Below are positions 1-9,771 of a DNA stretch of 64,000 nt, in pieces. Location: IMG/VR virus record IMGVR_UViG_3300035182_002586, positions 1 through 64,000 of that record; one strand, 5' to 3'. Within the stretch, counting starts at the first letter, position 1. Every line of letters starts with the position of its first letter. Below the pieces are notes generated by a model. That model had not been told where the DNA came from. It worked only from the letters and a program-made list of their open reading frames with translations, and ran no database searches. A program made the translations under genes and the position numbers.

Positions 1-786
1 TCACTCCTGACGCTCCAGCGTGATGCTGGCGAACGGGCAGAGGGTCTTGCGGAGGAGGAGCAGGCACCAGTCCTGGATGACGCCGATGACGAGGACGAGG
101 AGCTGGATCGCGAATACGGCGTCGAGCCTGATGTGCTTGTCTTCGGTGAGCATCATCGCACCGAGCCCGCCCTCGAAGCGCACGAGACCCTCGACCATGG
201 TGAGCATCACCCACCCCATGGCAGCGTTCTGCCGGATGATGTCGAGCACGGCGTCCATGCGACCGAGGATCACGACCTCAACGACCGACCCCCACGGCCC
301 CATGCGCAGCGTCCGGGCGTGATCGAACTCCTCTTTCGGGATCGACTCCACCACGTCGTAGAGGGACGTGAGCATGAACGCCCCCATCCCGAAGACCAAG
401 AGGGCGACCTTGAGGCCGTGACCTCCGCCGAACGTGATCGTGAAGAGCACCACGATTCCCGTCAGGCCGAGGAAGCGGAGCTTGCTGAGCACCCGCACGA
501 GCGGCCGCATGATCGGCAGCACCGTGAGGTAAGCGATCGGGAGCGTGAGCAGACAGGTGATAGCGATGGCCTGGAGGCTCGTCGACAGGCTCATGTAGAG
601 CTGGTTGAAGAGCCCTTGCGACAGGAGCGCAGGGTAGGCCGCGAAGACCTCTGCCGGCCCGGGAAGGAAGGGGGGCCGGCACGCCCACGCGCCGAGGAGC
701 GCGATGGACGTGCCGACGGCCAGCAGAAGCCTCGCCCTAGGGGAGATGCGACCGTTCGGCCGCCACATATCACGGAACGTGGACAC
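1..786 (-). CDS. ABC transporter permease (NitT/TauT/SsuC-like)
   Basis: Multiple hydrophobic helices; EAA-like loop (IPKEEFDHARTLRMG); C-terminal EG..GGLG motif typical of SsuC/TauC permeases. Confidence 0.85.
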   Translation of the reverse strand: MSTFRDMWRPNGRISPRARLLLAVGTSIALLGAWACRPPFLPGPAEVFAAYPALLSQGLFNQLYMSLSTSLQAIAITCLLTLPIAYLTVLPIMRPLVRVLSKLRFLGLTGIVVLFTITFGGGHGLKVALLVFGMGAFMLTSLYDVVESIPKEEFDHARTLRMGPWGSVVEVVILGRMDAVLDIIRQNAAMGWVMLTMVEGLVRFEGGLGAMMLTEDKHIRLDAVFAIQLLVLVIGVIQDWCLLLLRKTLCPFASITLERQE

Positions 787-970
787 TGGTTTCCTCCACC
801 ACAGCGTAGACGTTCACGATGTCAGAGGTCTCGGCGCCATTGCAGGGGCCGAAGTAGATCTCGGTGCAGCGATCGAGGCCCAACTCGTCGAGCCTACGGA
901 GGACATCCCCGTGGAGGTTACCGATCGGCATGGGACCCTCCACCGTGAGCACGTGTACGCGCTTCGTCAC
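770..970 (-). CDS. small hypothetical protein
   Basis: 66-aa ORF whose start overlaps the OmpA-gene stop (GTGA) and whose end overlaps the permease start. Confidence 0.5.
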   Translation of the reverse strand: MTKRVHVLTVEGPMPIGNLHGDVLRRLDELGLDRCTEIYFGPCNGAETSDIVNVYAVVEETSVHVP

Positions 971-2763
971 GTGCCCGATCCCATGATGATCTCGACGCGA
1001 CGGTTCTTCGTACGGCCCGTGTCAGTGTCGTTCGTCGCGACGGGCTTGGTCTGGCCGAACGCTTTGACCGTGAAGCGGTCCGCCGGGAAGTTCGACGGCG
1101 ACTGCTTCATCAGCCACGACTTGACCGCTTCGGCGCGCGACTTCGAGAGGACCATGTTGCCCGCAGCGTCGCCCGTGTTGTCCGTGTGGCCGTCGATCTC
1201 GATGAGAAGGTCGGTGAGCACGAGGTCCTTCTCCAGCTCGCGGAGCGTCGCCTCGGTCTCCGGGGTGAAGCTCGCACTCCCCGACTGGAACGTGATGCTC
1301 CACGCGCGCTTGCTCACGACCTGCGCGATGGGCGCATCGGGCTTGTACTTGGGGAGGTCCGGGGCAGCCGTCTTGCCCGGGGCAGCCTTCTTGCCGAGGT
1401 TCGCCACGTAGGACGTGTCGAGGATGTCGTCGACCTTCGGGTAGGAGGGGACGAGCTTCGGGTACTGCTGGACGGCGATGTCGCCGAAGACCGTGTACGT
1501 AGCCGCGAACAGGTTCGAGCCACCCGGCGTGAGGCCGAAGACGTTCATCCCGTCCGCGAGGTTCAGCACGGCCGAGCCACCGAGGGTCACCTGGAGGCCC
1601 TGCTTGTCGGTCTCCGTGACGCCCTTGAAGTACTTCTCCCAGTAGTCCGCCGTCTCTTCCTTGTAGACCACCGCGCTGATCTCCGCAGCCTTACGACGGG
1701 CCTCGGGGAACGCGTTGATCTGATCCGCCGCCTCGAACGACGCCGAGAGCATCCCCTCGACCACATCGCGGTGGGCGCGGTCCCACTTCCGGATGCCGAT
1801 GATCGTCGTCGGCATCTGCGAGCGGTACTCCTTGGTGCTGACGATGCTGACGAGCCCGCCCTTCTCCTTGGCCACGTTCACATCGCCCGGCGTCCAGGTC
1901 ACCACGCCGTTGACGCAGACCTTCCGCGTCTCACCCGTCGGCTTGCCCGCATGCACGACCTTGCGGTCTTCGCAGGTGTTGAGGATGTACTTCTTCGAAG
2001 CGTCGAGGTACGTGTCCACGGCCACCCAGTTGAGCGCGTCCGGATCGTAGGTGGTCTCGTCGGGGTTGTTCGGGATGTTGTTGTCGCCGGCCCACTTCAT
2101 CGCGATGTTCCAGTCGCCGTCACGGAGCACGCCCGCGATGAGCCCGCCCTGCGCCGCCTTCGGGTTCGCCTTCCACTCGGGCGGACCCATGAACTTGTCT
2201 TCGCCGCGCGAGTAGCCGATCACGCCGACGACTTCCGCCGTACAGTCGGCGCAGATCTTCGCGAGGTCGGCGTTCACGCCCGCGAACCACGCGGGGGTGC
2301 CGTCGCCCATGAGGATCACGAAGTGCTGACCGTCCGTCGTGTCGGGGTTCTTCTGGATCCCCTTCGCGAACGCCATGAGCTGCGCCGCCATCTTGCTCGT
2401 GTCGTCCTCACGCGTGAAGTGCAGGTTGATGCCCTTCGCCGCCATGAGGGAGCCTTCGGTCGTGTCCTGGCCGCCGTTGGCGAACAAGATGCCGCTCTGC
2501 GCGTTCCAGGCCCACACCATCATGCGGACCGGCGTGCCCTTGCCCACCGGGTTCGCCCCCGGCAGAGCCGTCTTCGACACGGGGCCCGTCGGCGCCGCGT
2601 TGTCGGGCATGGTCGGCAACGCGGCTTGCTTCGGCACCTCGGCCGCCTTCTTGGGCGAGCCGATGATCCCGCTGGTCACGAGGTAGCGGAACGTCATGAA
2701 CAGGACGACGAAGATCGCGATGCCACCGAGGATCTTCGGGAGCGGTTTCACACGAGTAGCCAT
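967..2763 (-). CDS. membrane-anchored substrate-binding protein fused to C-terminal OmpA-like peptidoglycan-binding domain
   Basis: N-terminal TM; NMT1/SsuA-like core (SRGEDK, VTWTP); OmpA_C motifs [21 protein letters not shown]. Confidence 0.88.
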   Translation of the reverse strand: MATRVKPLPKILGGIAIFVVLFMTFRYLVTSGIIGSPKKAAEVPKQAALPTMPDNAAPTGPVSKTALPGANPVGKGTPVRMMVWAWNAQSGILFANGGQDTTEGSLMAAKGINLHFTREDDTSKMAAQLMAFAKGIQKNPDTTDGQHFVILMGDGTPAWFAGVNADLAKICADCTAEVVGVIGYSRGEDKFMGPPEWKANPKAAQGGLIAGVLRDGDWNIAMKWAGDNNIPNNPDETTYDPDALNWVAVDTYLDASKKYILNTCEDRKVVHAGKPTGETRKVCVNGVVTWTPGDVNVAKEKGGLVSIVSTKEYRSQMPTTIIGIRKWDRAHRDVVEGMLSASFEAADQINAFPEARRKAAEISAVVYKEETADYWEKYFKGVTETDKQGLQVTLGGSAVLNLADGMNVFGLTPGGSNLFAATYTVFGDIAVQQYPKLVPSYPKVDDILDTSYVANLGKKAAPGKTAAPDLPKYKPDAPIAQVVSKRAWSITFQSGSASFTPETEATLRELEKDLVLTDLLIEIDGHTDNTGDAAGNMVLSKSRAEAVKSWLMKQSPSNFPADRFTVKAFGQTKPVATNDTDTGRTKNRRVEIIMGSGT

Positions 2764-2790
2764 GGGTCAGCCTCTCTCTTCCTTCTGCAT

Positions 2791-3843
2791 CTAATACTGA
2801 CGGTTCTTGGCCTTGTCGGCCGGAGTCTGGAACAGGTCGTCGAACGCACTCACGCTGTGCGCGGGGAGGGCGTTGACGTGCGTGCCGGGGGGCGCTTCGA
2901 TGCGAAGACCGGGGGGCGCGGACGTGTTGGAGCCAAGGATGCTCGTGTTGCTCTGCTCCCACGCTTCGAGCTGCGCGAGGGCGTTGGCCTCGTAGATCCC
3001 GTTCTCCAGGTCCGCGGCACCGAGGACACCCTTCGAGGTCATCATGAAGGTCTCGATCTCGCCCATCTTCATGCCGTAGTCGTCGGCCAGGTGTTCGAGA
3101 GCCATGTCGAACATCTCCCGCTCGTCGCCACCGCCCTGCAAGATCTTCCGGGCGTTCGAGAACGCGCTGTAGCCCGCGAGGAGCGCCGCACGCTCCTTGG
3201 CACGCAGCTCGACCTCGTTGCTCATATCCTCGACCATCATCGCGGCCTTCGCACGAACGCGACGGAGCGTGTCGAAGAGCTTCTGGAAGTCGTTCATCGT
3301 CTTCTGGAGGGTCTTGTTCGACTCCGAGAGACGGTCGGCCTGTCTCGACTGTACGATGAAGGTATCCCGGTTCTCTTCGTTCGGCTGCTTTTTCGCCTGC
3401 TGCATCAGCGCGAGACAGTGCTGACGGGCTCGCTCGTTCTCCTCGATGTTCACGGCGAGCTTCTTGATCTGCCCACCGAGATTCGTGATCGAGGTGTCCA
3501 TCTCGTCACGGTGCGCTTCGAGCGTCTTGATGTACGTCTTGAGGACGCCGATGGGGTCGATCTCGATGAAGAAGCCCGTGAGGGTCCGCATCAGCGACTT
3601 GTACCCGTAGACCATCAGGTTGCGCCAACGCGGGTCGAAGAGAACGACGCCGATCACGGCGAGGATGCCTGCGAGCGCCACCGCCGTCAGCGTGTTCTCC
3701 AGCATCGTGACGACCCACGGGAGGATCGTCCCCCACATGTAGATCACGAGGCCCACGACGCATGCGCCAGCGCCCACCGTGAGCGCCGTACCGAACTTCC
3801 CCTCTGGCCGCGCGAGCCAGCTCTTCTGCTTTTCCACAGCCAT
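2791..3843 (-). CDS. two-TM coiled-coil protein, PspA/IM30-like
   Basis: Two N-terminal TM helices, then DP-starting long heptad coiled coil as in PspA-family proteins. Confidence 0.6.
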   Translation of the reverse strand: MAVEKQKSWLARPEGKFGTALTVGAGACVVGLVIYMWGTILPWVVTMLENTLTAVALAGILAVIGVVLFDPRWRNLMVYGYKSLMRTLTGFFIEIDPIGVLKTYIKTLEAHRDEMDTSITNLGGQIKKLAVNIEENERARQHCLALMQQAKKQPNEENRDTFIVQSRQADRLSESNKTLQKTMNDFQKLFDTLRRVRAKAAMMVEDMSNEVELRAKERAALLAGYSAFSNARKILQGGGDEREMFDMALEHLADDYGMKMGEIETFMMTSKGVLGAADLENGIYEANALAQLEAWEQSNTSILGSNTSAPPGLRIEAPPGTHVNALPAHSVSAFDDLFQTPADKAKNRQY

Positions 3844-3846
3844 GAA

Positions 3847-4530
3847 TCACCCCTTCGCCAATGCGTCGATGTGGGACTTCTGATCGTTGAGGCGCCCGAC
3901 GACCTGCGCGTGCGCGGCCTCGAAGCCCATGCGGATGCTGTCGAGCCGGTGCTGCTCCTCCTGGAGGTGCGAGGTGTCCAGCGCGAGCTTCGACTTGAGC
4001 GAGACGATCTCGTCTTCGATCGCCCTGAGCTGGCTCTCCCTCGACTGGAGAAGGGATTCGGTCGACGCGATGGCTTCCTTCGCCGCACTTTCGACCTTGG
4101 AGGTCTGCGCCTGGAATCCGCGCAGGAACTCTTCCTGCGCCTTGTCCATGGTGTTGATGAGCTGATCGACGGCACCCGAGAGCTGCACGGGCGTCGCGTT
4201 GCTCGTCTTGAGCGCGGCCTTGAACCGCATGGACTCGTCGGGAATGACCTCGGCGAGCTGCGTGTACTTCTCCATCCACGTCGAGTAGACGGGAGGCAGC
4301 GCCGCCTGGAGCATCGCTTCGAGCTTCGCCATCGCCGCGGGGTCCGCCGCCACGGCCGCCTGGGCCGGGCGAGGGGCGACGGATGCGCTCCCCGGCGGAG
4401 GCATGGGCGCCTGGCTCTCCCTGGCCTTGGCAGCTTTGGGTTGTGCCTGCCCTTCGGGCACCTCTTCGACGAAGGCGCTCTTGATGAAGCCGAGGAACCC
4501 GCCGCCGCTCTTCTCGTTCTTGTCCGACAC
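3847..4530 (-). CDS. coiled-coil protein, first gene of envelope cassette
   Basis: GTG start at 4530 with purine-rich RBS; N-terminal amphipathic GFLGFIKSAF; C-terminal coiled coil. Confidence 0.7.
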   Translation of the reverse strand: MSDKNEKSGGGFLGFIKSAFVEEVPEGQAQPKAAKARESQAPMPPPGSASVAPRPAQAAVAADPAAMAKLEAMLQAALPPVYSTWMEKYTQLAEVIPDESMRFKAALKTSNATPVQLSGAVDQLINTMDKAQEEFLRGFQAQTSKVESAAKEAIASTESLLQSRESQLRAIEDEIVSLKSKLALDTSHLQEEQHRLDSIRMGFEAAHAQVVGRLNDQKSHIDALAKG

Positions 4531-4645
4531 GTCTACCGCCTTTCCACGGATGCTCCCGAGGGAGCTGCCCTTAGATACACCGGCCGGAGGGCTCGGTAGG
4601 ATCAACAGGCGTGGGAAGGCAAGAGACAGAACCCTCAGAACGGAA

Positions 4646-4852
4646 TCACTCGCTCTTGGGGCTCTTCTGGCAGTAGACTACCTGGGGTTCGCCCCCACTT
4701 CGCTGGAGGACACACCAGCCGAAGGTTAAGTCATAGGCGAGAGCACGGGAAGGGTCCTCTGCGGCCAAAGCGCGAACGTCCTCGGGGGCATGACCCCAAT
4801 CGGACGGAGGCAGGATCCGCTTTTCGATCTGGCGGGCGTCAGGTTGATTCAT
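4646..4852 (-). CDS. hypothetical protein
   Basis: ATG preceded by AGTGTA motif variant at 12 nt. Confidence 0.55.
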   Translation of the reverse strand: MNQPDARQIEKRILPPSDWGHAPEDVRALAAEDPSRALAYDLTFGWCVLQRSGGEPQVVYCQKSPKSE

Positions 4853-4861
4853 GGCCCCACT

Positions 4862-5272
4862 CTACACTACTACTGCGAGGGCTGCCTTCGCCCCCACCAG
4901 CGCCACGAACTCTTTGGCGGCGTCTTCCACAGAGCCCTTGAATTTCAAGTCCTTCGAGGCTCCCGTGGACACGAACGCGTCCCCCTTGTTGACGTGAACG
5001 AACGCGAGGCTTCCGTCCGCGAGAGAAGCCGCAACCTCCCCGTCGTTGGTGATGTGCTCCAGGACGTGCTGTACGGCCTGGTCGTGCACACAGCACGGAC
5101 AGAGTACGTGCGTTTGCGCGTCCTCCGTCTCGGCCGTGGCCCACCCCTTCGGCAAGTCGACAGTGACGGTGAGCGGGGGCCCGAGGGAGAGAATCCGTAC
5201 CTGCTGCTCCGTTGCGATCGCCCGCTTCGAGCAAGCATCGCAAGACACCTGAGCCGGAATGACGATCGGCAT
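4862..5272 (-). CDS. hypothetical protein with two CxxC motifs
   Basis: CDAC and CPCC; packed in same-strand gene run. Confidence 0.6.
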   Translation of the reverse strand: MPIVIPAQVSCDACSKRAIATEQQVRILSLGPPLTVTVDLPKGWATAETEDAQTHVLCPCCVHDQAVQHVLEHITNDGEVAASLADGSLAFVHVNKGDAFVSTGASKDLKFKGSVEDAAKEFVALVGAKAALAVVV

Positions 5273-5283
5273 GACGGACCCCC

Positions 5284-5835
5284 TCAACGGTACTTACACG
5301 GCGCCCCTTCCATCCGGCACGCGCAGTTCGGCGGACACGGACGGTTCACACACGACCCTTTCACACGGCAGAAACAGTTCGGCGGGCACGGACAGGTCAT
5401 GGGGACCTCGTTTGCGTGCTCGCAGTACATCGCGTTGATCTCCTCTTCCCCCTCGTCCACCACAGGGGGCCCGGACCCGAGAGGGCGCGGTCCCGTCTCC
5501 GGTGTGCCGTCGACGAGGGTGTCCCACACCATGGCGGGGACCTTGAACGTGTGGAAGAGCGCCATGAGGCACGTCTCGCACATCGAGAAGCGGTAGGCCG
5601 TGAGGTGCTGGAGGATCTTGGACCCGTAACCGCCCTTCACTGTGAGGTTGACGATCCCCTCGGGGTAGCCGGCGCCTGCGGGGATGAGGTCCCCGCCGCA
5701 GGCATTGCACGGAGGGAGAGGCGGAGGCACTTCCTTGAGGCGCCGCGCTTGCAGATCCTTGAGGAGCCCCACCAGGGTCTCGTTCCCTGCCTGCTGAGCG
5801 TGCTCGATCTGCTGCTTCAGGGGGTCGTGCGCCAT
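5284..5835 (-). CDS. Cys-rich hypothetical protein
   Basis: CNAC, CETC and duplicated CPPNCxCR tail; start set by GGTGTA motif. Confidence 0.65.
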   Translation of the reverse strand: MAHDPLKQQIEHAQQAGNETLVGLLKDLQARRLKEVPPPLPPCNACGGDLIPAGAGYPEGIVNLTVKGGYGSKILQHLTAYRFSMCETCLMALFHTFKVPAMVWDTLVDGTPETGPRPLGSGPPVVDEGEEEINAMYCEHANEVPMTCPCPPNCFCRVKGSCVNRPCPPNCACRMEGAPCKYR

Positions 5836-5855
5836 GGCCGGGTCCGTACACCAGA

Positions 5856-6287
5856 TCACTCGGTGTCGGTATCCCCGTCCTGATAGAGCTGATCCCGCAG
5901 GACATCTACGCGGGCCGCGCGCTGTGAAACGCGGGCGCTCTGCGCTGCAAGACTGGAAGCCCGCATTCGGACGCCGTACACGTCACGCTTCCGGGCACTC
6001 TCGACCACACCCCACGCCTGGTCGAGCGCAGCGAGGGCGTCGTCCAGAGCCGCTGCCAGCTCGTCATCGATCCGGGAGATGATCTTGGCCCTCGGTACGG
6101 AGTCGGCCGGGCCGTACGGCTTGGCGCCCTCGGGCAGGTCGGGAAGACGCGCGGCGTCCGAAGTCTCGATCGTACTGGCCAGCGCTTCGATGTCCTTGGT
6201 GCTTCGGAGGAGCTGAACCAGGGTCACCCTCTGGTAGTCCCCGAGGTGAAGGTCGTCGACGCTGACGGGTTCGGTGGAGGGCTTCAT
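5856..6287 (-). CDS. hypothetical helical protein
   Basis: ATG 14 nt after GGTGTA motif. Confidence 0.65.
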   Translation of the reverse strand: MKPSTEPVSVDDLHLGDYQRVTLVQLLRSTKDIEALASTIETSDAARLPDLPEGAKPYGPADSVPRAKIISRIDDELAAALDDALAALDQAWGVVESARKRDVYGVRMRASSLAAQSARVSQRAARVDVLRDQLYQDGDTDTE

Positions 6288-6299
6288 GGGACGCCACGG

Positions 6300-6312
6300 T
6301 ACACCAGGTGTA
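6300..6312. promoter_or_regulatory. back-to-back GGTGTA motifs (divergent leaderless promoters)
   Basis: TACACCAGGTGTA between divergent starts 6287(-) and 6323(+). Confidence 0.65.
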
Positions 6313-6322
6313 CTAGAGCGTC

Positions 6323-6553
6323 ATGCGCTGGTTCGGGAAGTCGTGGGGCGCTCCGGCATGTAGCCCCGAAGAACACGAAAGCACTCCCGTGGGTCAGTCC
6401 TGTATGTTCTGCCCCACACCGATCGCAGAAGGGGACAGGGGGCTGATCATGCCCTTCGTGAAGGCCACCACGGAGCGGAAAGAAGCCTGCGTGCACATCC
6501 GCTGCTTCCTTCGGAACGTTGGGCACTCCAGGCAATACAACCCGGCGAACTAG
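6323..6553 (+). CDS. small Zn-binding-like protein
   Basis: CMFC...HIRC; ATG 12 nt after GGTGTA. Confidence 0.6.
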   Translation: MRWFGKSWGAPACSPEEHESTPVGQSCMFCPTPIAEGDRGLIMPFVKATTERKEACVHIRCFLRNVGHSRQYNPAN

Positions 6554-6858
6554 CCCTCGTCACCCGCGAAGCCGCTGATCTGCTCCCATCCGGAGCCGCC
6601 GTGCGACGACGAGCTACCCGGACCGTAGTAACGGTCATGGTTCGAGGACGTGAAGCCGCGAACGCGCTTCGTCACCGGCCGCTCTTCCATGATCAGCCCG
6701 TACTCGCGGAGCCCACGGATCACCGGCGTCGGACACGAGAGCTTGAGCGCTTCCGCAAGCTCCTCAGCCTCGTGAAACGTGAAGGTCACGCGGTCGTCTT
6801 CGACGAGGTACTCCGCGAAGGCATCGATCGACGCAAGCTCGGGGGCGGGGGCGTCCAT
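6550..6858 (-). CDS. hypothetical protein
   Basis: Protein-like composition from MDAPAPEL; CGTTGTA motif variant upstream. Confidence 0.6.
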   Translation of the reverse strand: MDAPAPELASIDAFAEYLVEDDRVTFTFHEAEELAEALKLSCPTPVIRGLREYGLIMEERPVTKRVRGFTSSNHDRYYGPGSSSSHGGSGWEQISGFAGDEG

Positions 6859-6892
6859 GCCCCCACTACAACGGGACGCCCCGGTCGATCCA

Positions 6893-8086
6893 TCACCCGA
6901 TGGGGCAATGCCCCACGAAACGGACGTTGAGCCCTTCTGGAGCGTGGACCTTCGCCACGAGCTTCTTGAGGGTCTCGACCAGGGCCTTGGCCGCACTCAG
7001 GGTCACCCACGTCGATCCACTCACGAGCGAGAAGCTACGGCCGTGCACTGCGTACTCGGCCGCCCGGTCTTCGGTGGTCGGCCAGTGCTTGCCGAAGCAA
7101 GTGGCCGTTTGCATGAACTCCGCAGCCACGTCAGCGGAGACCTTGACGGCCTCCCCGAGAACCGGCGGAACATCGAAGGTCGGTTCCTTACGTGCCCCGG
7201 TCTTGGACGGGAGCGTGAAGGGATCGAAGTCGAAACGAGCGGAGAACTGCGTCAAGTACGTCCCGTTCCGAGCTTCCGGGGCCACAGACAGAACGAACAC
7301 GAGCGAGTGCTTGAGAACCCTCGGTTCATCGACCCCGGTGTCCGGCTCCGTCGGGAAGAGGTAGGCCATCTGCTTGACCATCGAGGCCCGTTGCTTGCGG
7401 TAGTGGGCCTTCTGGTGCTCGTTGCCCCCTTCCGCTGCCAGCACGGTGTCGATCCGGGCCAGGGTGCCTTCCCACCGCTCTTTCGGGTAGTCCGTCGTCT
7501 CGGGGAGCCACCCCGTGTCTCCGCAGCCGTACACACAGTCGTTGCCGATCCCCGACCAGTGCCCCTTGTGCTCGGGACAGGGCCGCGTGCGGAGCTTCTC
7601 CCCGCTGTAGATCAGACGCGCGAGGAGGTTCGACTTGCTGATGTCGCGCAGCACATGGTCGAGAGCGTCCGCGTAGTCGGACCCCTGCTTGTTGTCGTCG
7701 TGCCCCCGGTAGACGTCGAGGAGGTAGCCAGGCTGATTCAGAGTCTTGATGCACTGCGCCCACGTGCGGATCGCGTCGCAGTAGCGGTTGATGGGCGAGA
7801 CGGGGGTGTTGTAGTGCCGCGAGAGGCGCTTGAGCATCGCCTCGGCCTCTTCGCGAGACAGGGGCTCGGGCTCCCCCTCACGCTTCGGTCGCTGGATCCC
7901 GAGGGTGCGCGCGGCGTCGAGAAGAGCCGCGTCCAGCGTGTCCCCGTGTCCAGTCAGAACCTCCGCGTCGCCGCGGGAAAAGGTGATCTTCACGCCTCCC
8001 CACACCTCGACCTTCATGGTGGGGTAGCCGCCCGTGTGCCCCGCCCTGTCGAGCAACGTGCTCGCGATCTGCGTGAAGAGGTCCAT
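6893..8086 (-). CDS. hypothetical protein
   Basis: 397-aa ORF, ATG 12 nt after GGTGTA; internal Cys/His cluster (CPEH...C...C). Confidence 0.7.
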   Translation of the reverse strand: MDLFTQIASTLLDRAGHTGGYPTMKVEVWGGVKITFSRGDAEVLTGHGDTLDAALLDAARTLGIQRPKREGEPEPLSREEAEAMLKRLSRHYNTPVSPINRYCDAIRTWAQCIKTLNQPGYLLDVYRGHDDNKQGSDYADALDHVLRDISKSNLLARLIYSGEKLRTRPCPEHKGHWSGIGNDCVYGCGDTGWLPETTDYPKERWEGTLARIDTVLAAEGGNEHQKAHYRKQRASMVKQMAYLFPTEPDTGVDEPRVLKHSLVFVLSVAPEARNGTYLTQFSARFDFDPFTLPSKTGARKEPTFDVPPVLGEAVKVSADVAAEFMQTATCFGKHWPTTEDRAAEYAVHGRSFSLVSGSTWVTLSAAKALVETLKKLVAKVHAPEGLNVRFVGHCPIG

Positions 8087-8104
8087 GCAGACCCCCTACA
8101 CCGG

Positions 8105-8434
8105 TCAGAGCGCGGGCTCCTCAGCCAAGTGGTCCCACGCGGTCTTCTGCGGCTCTTCGATCGTGGCTCGCCACCAGATCCGAGTCATCTCCGGTTCGAT
8201 GCCGTCGAGATCGAGGTTGTCCCCCTCGTCCGCGCTGAGCACGAACACGTCGGTGCCCACGGGGAAGGTGGAGATCGGAGCGATGTCATCGGGGTCGAGG
8301 TCCATCGTGATGAGACCCCCCTGCCCCTCATCGCACATCTTGTAGATACTCGCGGGGACCACTTCGGTCTCGGGGCCGAGGGTCGTCGGGCGGGTGTCGT
8401 TCGGGATGGAGCAAGCGTAGCGGACAACGGCCAT
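8105..8434 (-). CDS. hypothetical protein with C-terminal TAWDHLAEE tag
   Basis: Acidic 109-aa ORF carrying the shared C-terminal motif. Confidence 0.65.
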   Translation of the reverse strand: MAVVRYACSIPNDTRPTTLGPETEVVPASIYKMCDEGQGGLITMDLDPDDIAPISTFPVGTDVFVLSADEGDNLDLDGIEPEMTRIWWRATIEEPQKTAWDHLAEEPAL

Positions 8435-8477
8435 ACCCCCACTACATTGCGAGGGCTTTGATGATCCATCCTAAGAT

Positions 8478-8855
8478 ATGCCGCTTCGGGACTACGGGAG
8501 CGAGTACGCACGTGCCTGTGTGGTGTGGGCCGATGGTCGCGTAGGCGTCGGACCCTGGCGTGAGCCCCTCGACGCGAAAGCCGAGGTCGCCGTCCTGGCT
8601 CGCTCACCTCGAATCCGGCACGTGTGGCTGGAGAGCGAGTCGGACCTGGCAGCCGGTCAAGCCCGTGCCGAGCTGGAAGAAGACGGGTACGTGTCGGCCA
8701 AGGGCTTTCGGGGCCTCGTGCGGATCAGCACGAACCTCCGCTCTGAGGTGGATCTGCCGGACGACGTGTTCTCCCTGCAAGAAGAGCCCGAGTGGGACGA
8801 CGAGCACACGTGGGAGGAAGTCACCGACGACGGGATCGAACGCCCGGAGGAGTGA
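8478..8855 (+). CDS. hypothetical acidic protein
   Basis: 125-aa ORF divergent from 8434. Confidence 0.6.
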   Translation: MPLRDYGSEYARACVVWADGRVGVGPWREPLDAKAEVAVLARSPRIRHVWLESESDLAAGQARAELEEDGYVSAKGFRGLVRISTNLRSEVDLPDDVFSLQEEPEWDDEHTWEEVTDDGIERPEE

Positions 8856-8875
8856 CTTGGTGTAGAAGCCCCGAC

Positions 8876-9295
8876 GTGGCGTTCAACACCTTGTGGCCGC
8901 AACCGGAGCCGGAACCTCCGCCTACCTTGTGGGCGCTGGTCCTCGAAGACCCTTTCGGCCCCCCACCGCCCCCGCTACCACCCCCACCCCCAGACCCTCG
9001 TTTCGGCGTGGCCGGCATCCGTGACCCCGACGCCCCCTGCCACATGTTCGACGACTCAGGATGGGGCCCGAAAAACGGGGACTGTGATACGGACGGACAC
9101 TACCTCTGCGATGAATGCTCCCACATGTCGTTGCGGACGTACCGAGAGCGCCACGAGAAGTGCACCCTCTGCGGGATCCCCCTGGTCTGTGCCCCCTGGA
9201 GTCGTGAGCCGAGCATGTGCCCCTTCTGCGATGAAGAGTGGCTCGCGAAAGAGAGTGCCCGTCACCAGCAGGCCCGTCTGAAGGTGGTCCGATGA
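8876..9295 (+). CDS. Pro-rich, Cys-rich hypothetical protein
   Basis: GTG 13 nt after GGTGTA; CDTDGHYLCDEC, CTLC, CPFC. Confidence 0.6.
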   Translation: MAFNTLWPQPEPEPPPTLWALVLEDPFGPPPPPLPPPPPDPRFGVAGIRDPDAPCHMFDDSGWGPKNGDCDTDGHYLCDECSHMSLRTYRERHEKCTLCGIPLVCAPWSREPSMCPFCDEEWLAKESARHQQARLKVVR

Positions 9296-9603
9296 CGCCC
9301 TACATCCCGCCTGACGGTCAGACCACGATCCACGACAACAACGTGACGCAGACCTGCACCATCTCCCTCACAGCTACGGCCGCGACGACGAACCCCATCG
9401 TTCTCACGTACCCTGCGGACCCCATCGACCCTCCGTGGCCCCGCAACCGTAGCGACCGCCTCATCTTGAAGTCCCTCAAGGAAGCGGGCATCGTGGCCGC
9501 CGTCCGCCGGGCGGAATCTCTCTTCGGTCCCCGGAAGCTGGCTTCCGACCCCTCCGCCTGGAACGCCCGGTTCTGGTCGATGTTGCAGCGCCGTCGCCCC
9601 TGA
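9292..9603 (+). CDS. hypothetical protein
   Basis: ATGA overlap with previous gene. Confidence 0.5.
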   Translation: MTPYIPPDGQTTIHDNNVTQTCTISLTATAATTNPIVLTYPADPIDPPWPRNRSDRLILKSLKEAGIVAAVRRAESLFGPRKLASDPSAWNARFWSMLQRRRP

Positions 9604-9771
9604 CACAGAATCTAGGGGTCGAAGTAGAGCCGCCCCAGCGGTCCACCCGTAAGGCTCCGGCGTCCAAGAGCGAACAACCCAGTAGCAGCACCGGACAACA
9701 CGTGGGGCCCCGTCTTGCCGGAGAGCGCGGGGCCTTCGACGCTAGCCCTTCTATCGAAATCCTCCTGGTGC

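Noticed and set aside
1186-4599. 1137-aa plus-strand ORF
   Set aside because: Antisense shadow of three well-supported minus-strand genes; Arg/Val/Gly-rich with no motifs, typical of high-GC codon bias.
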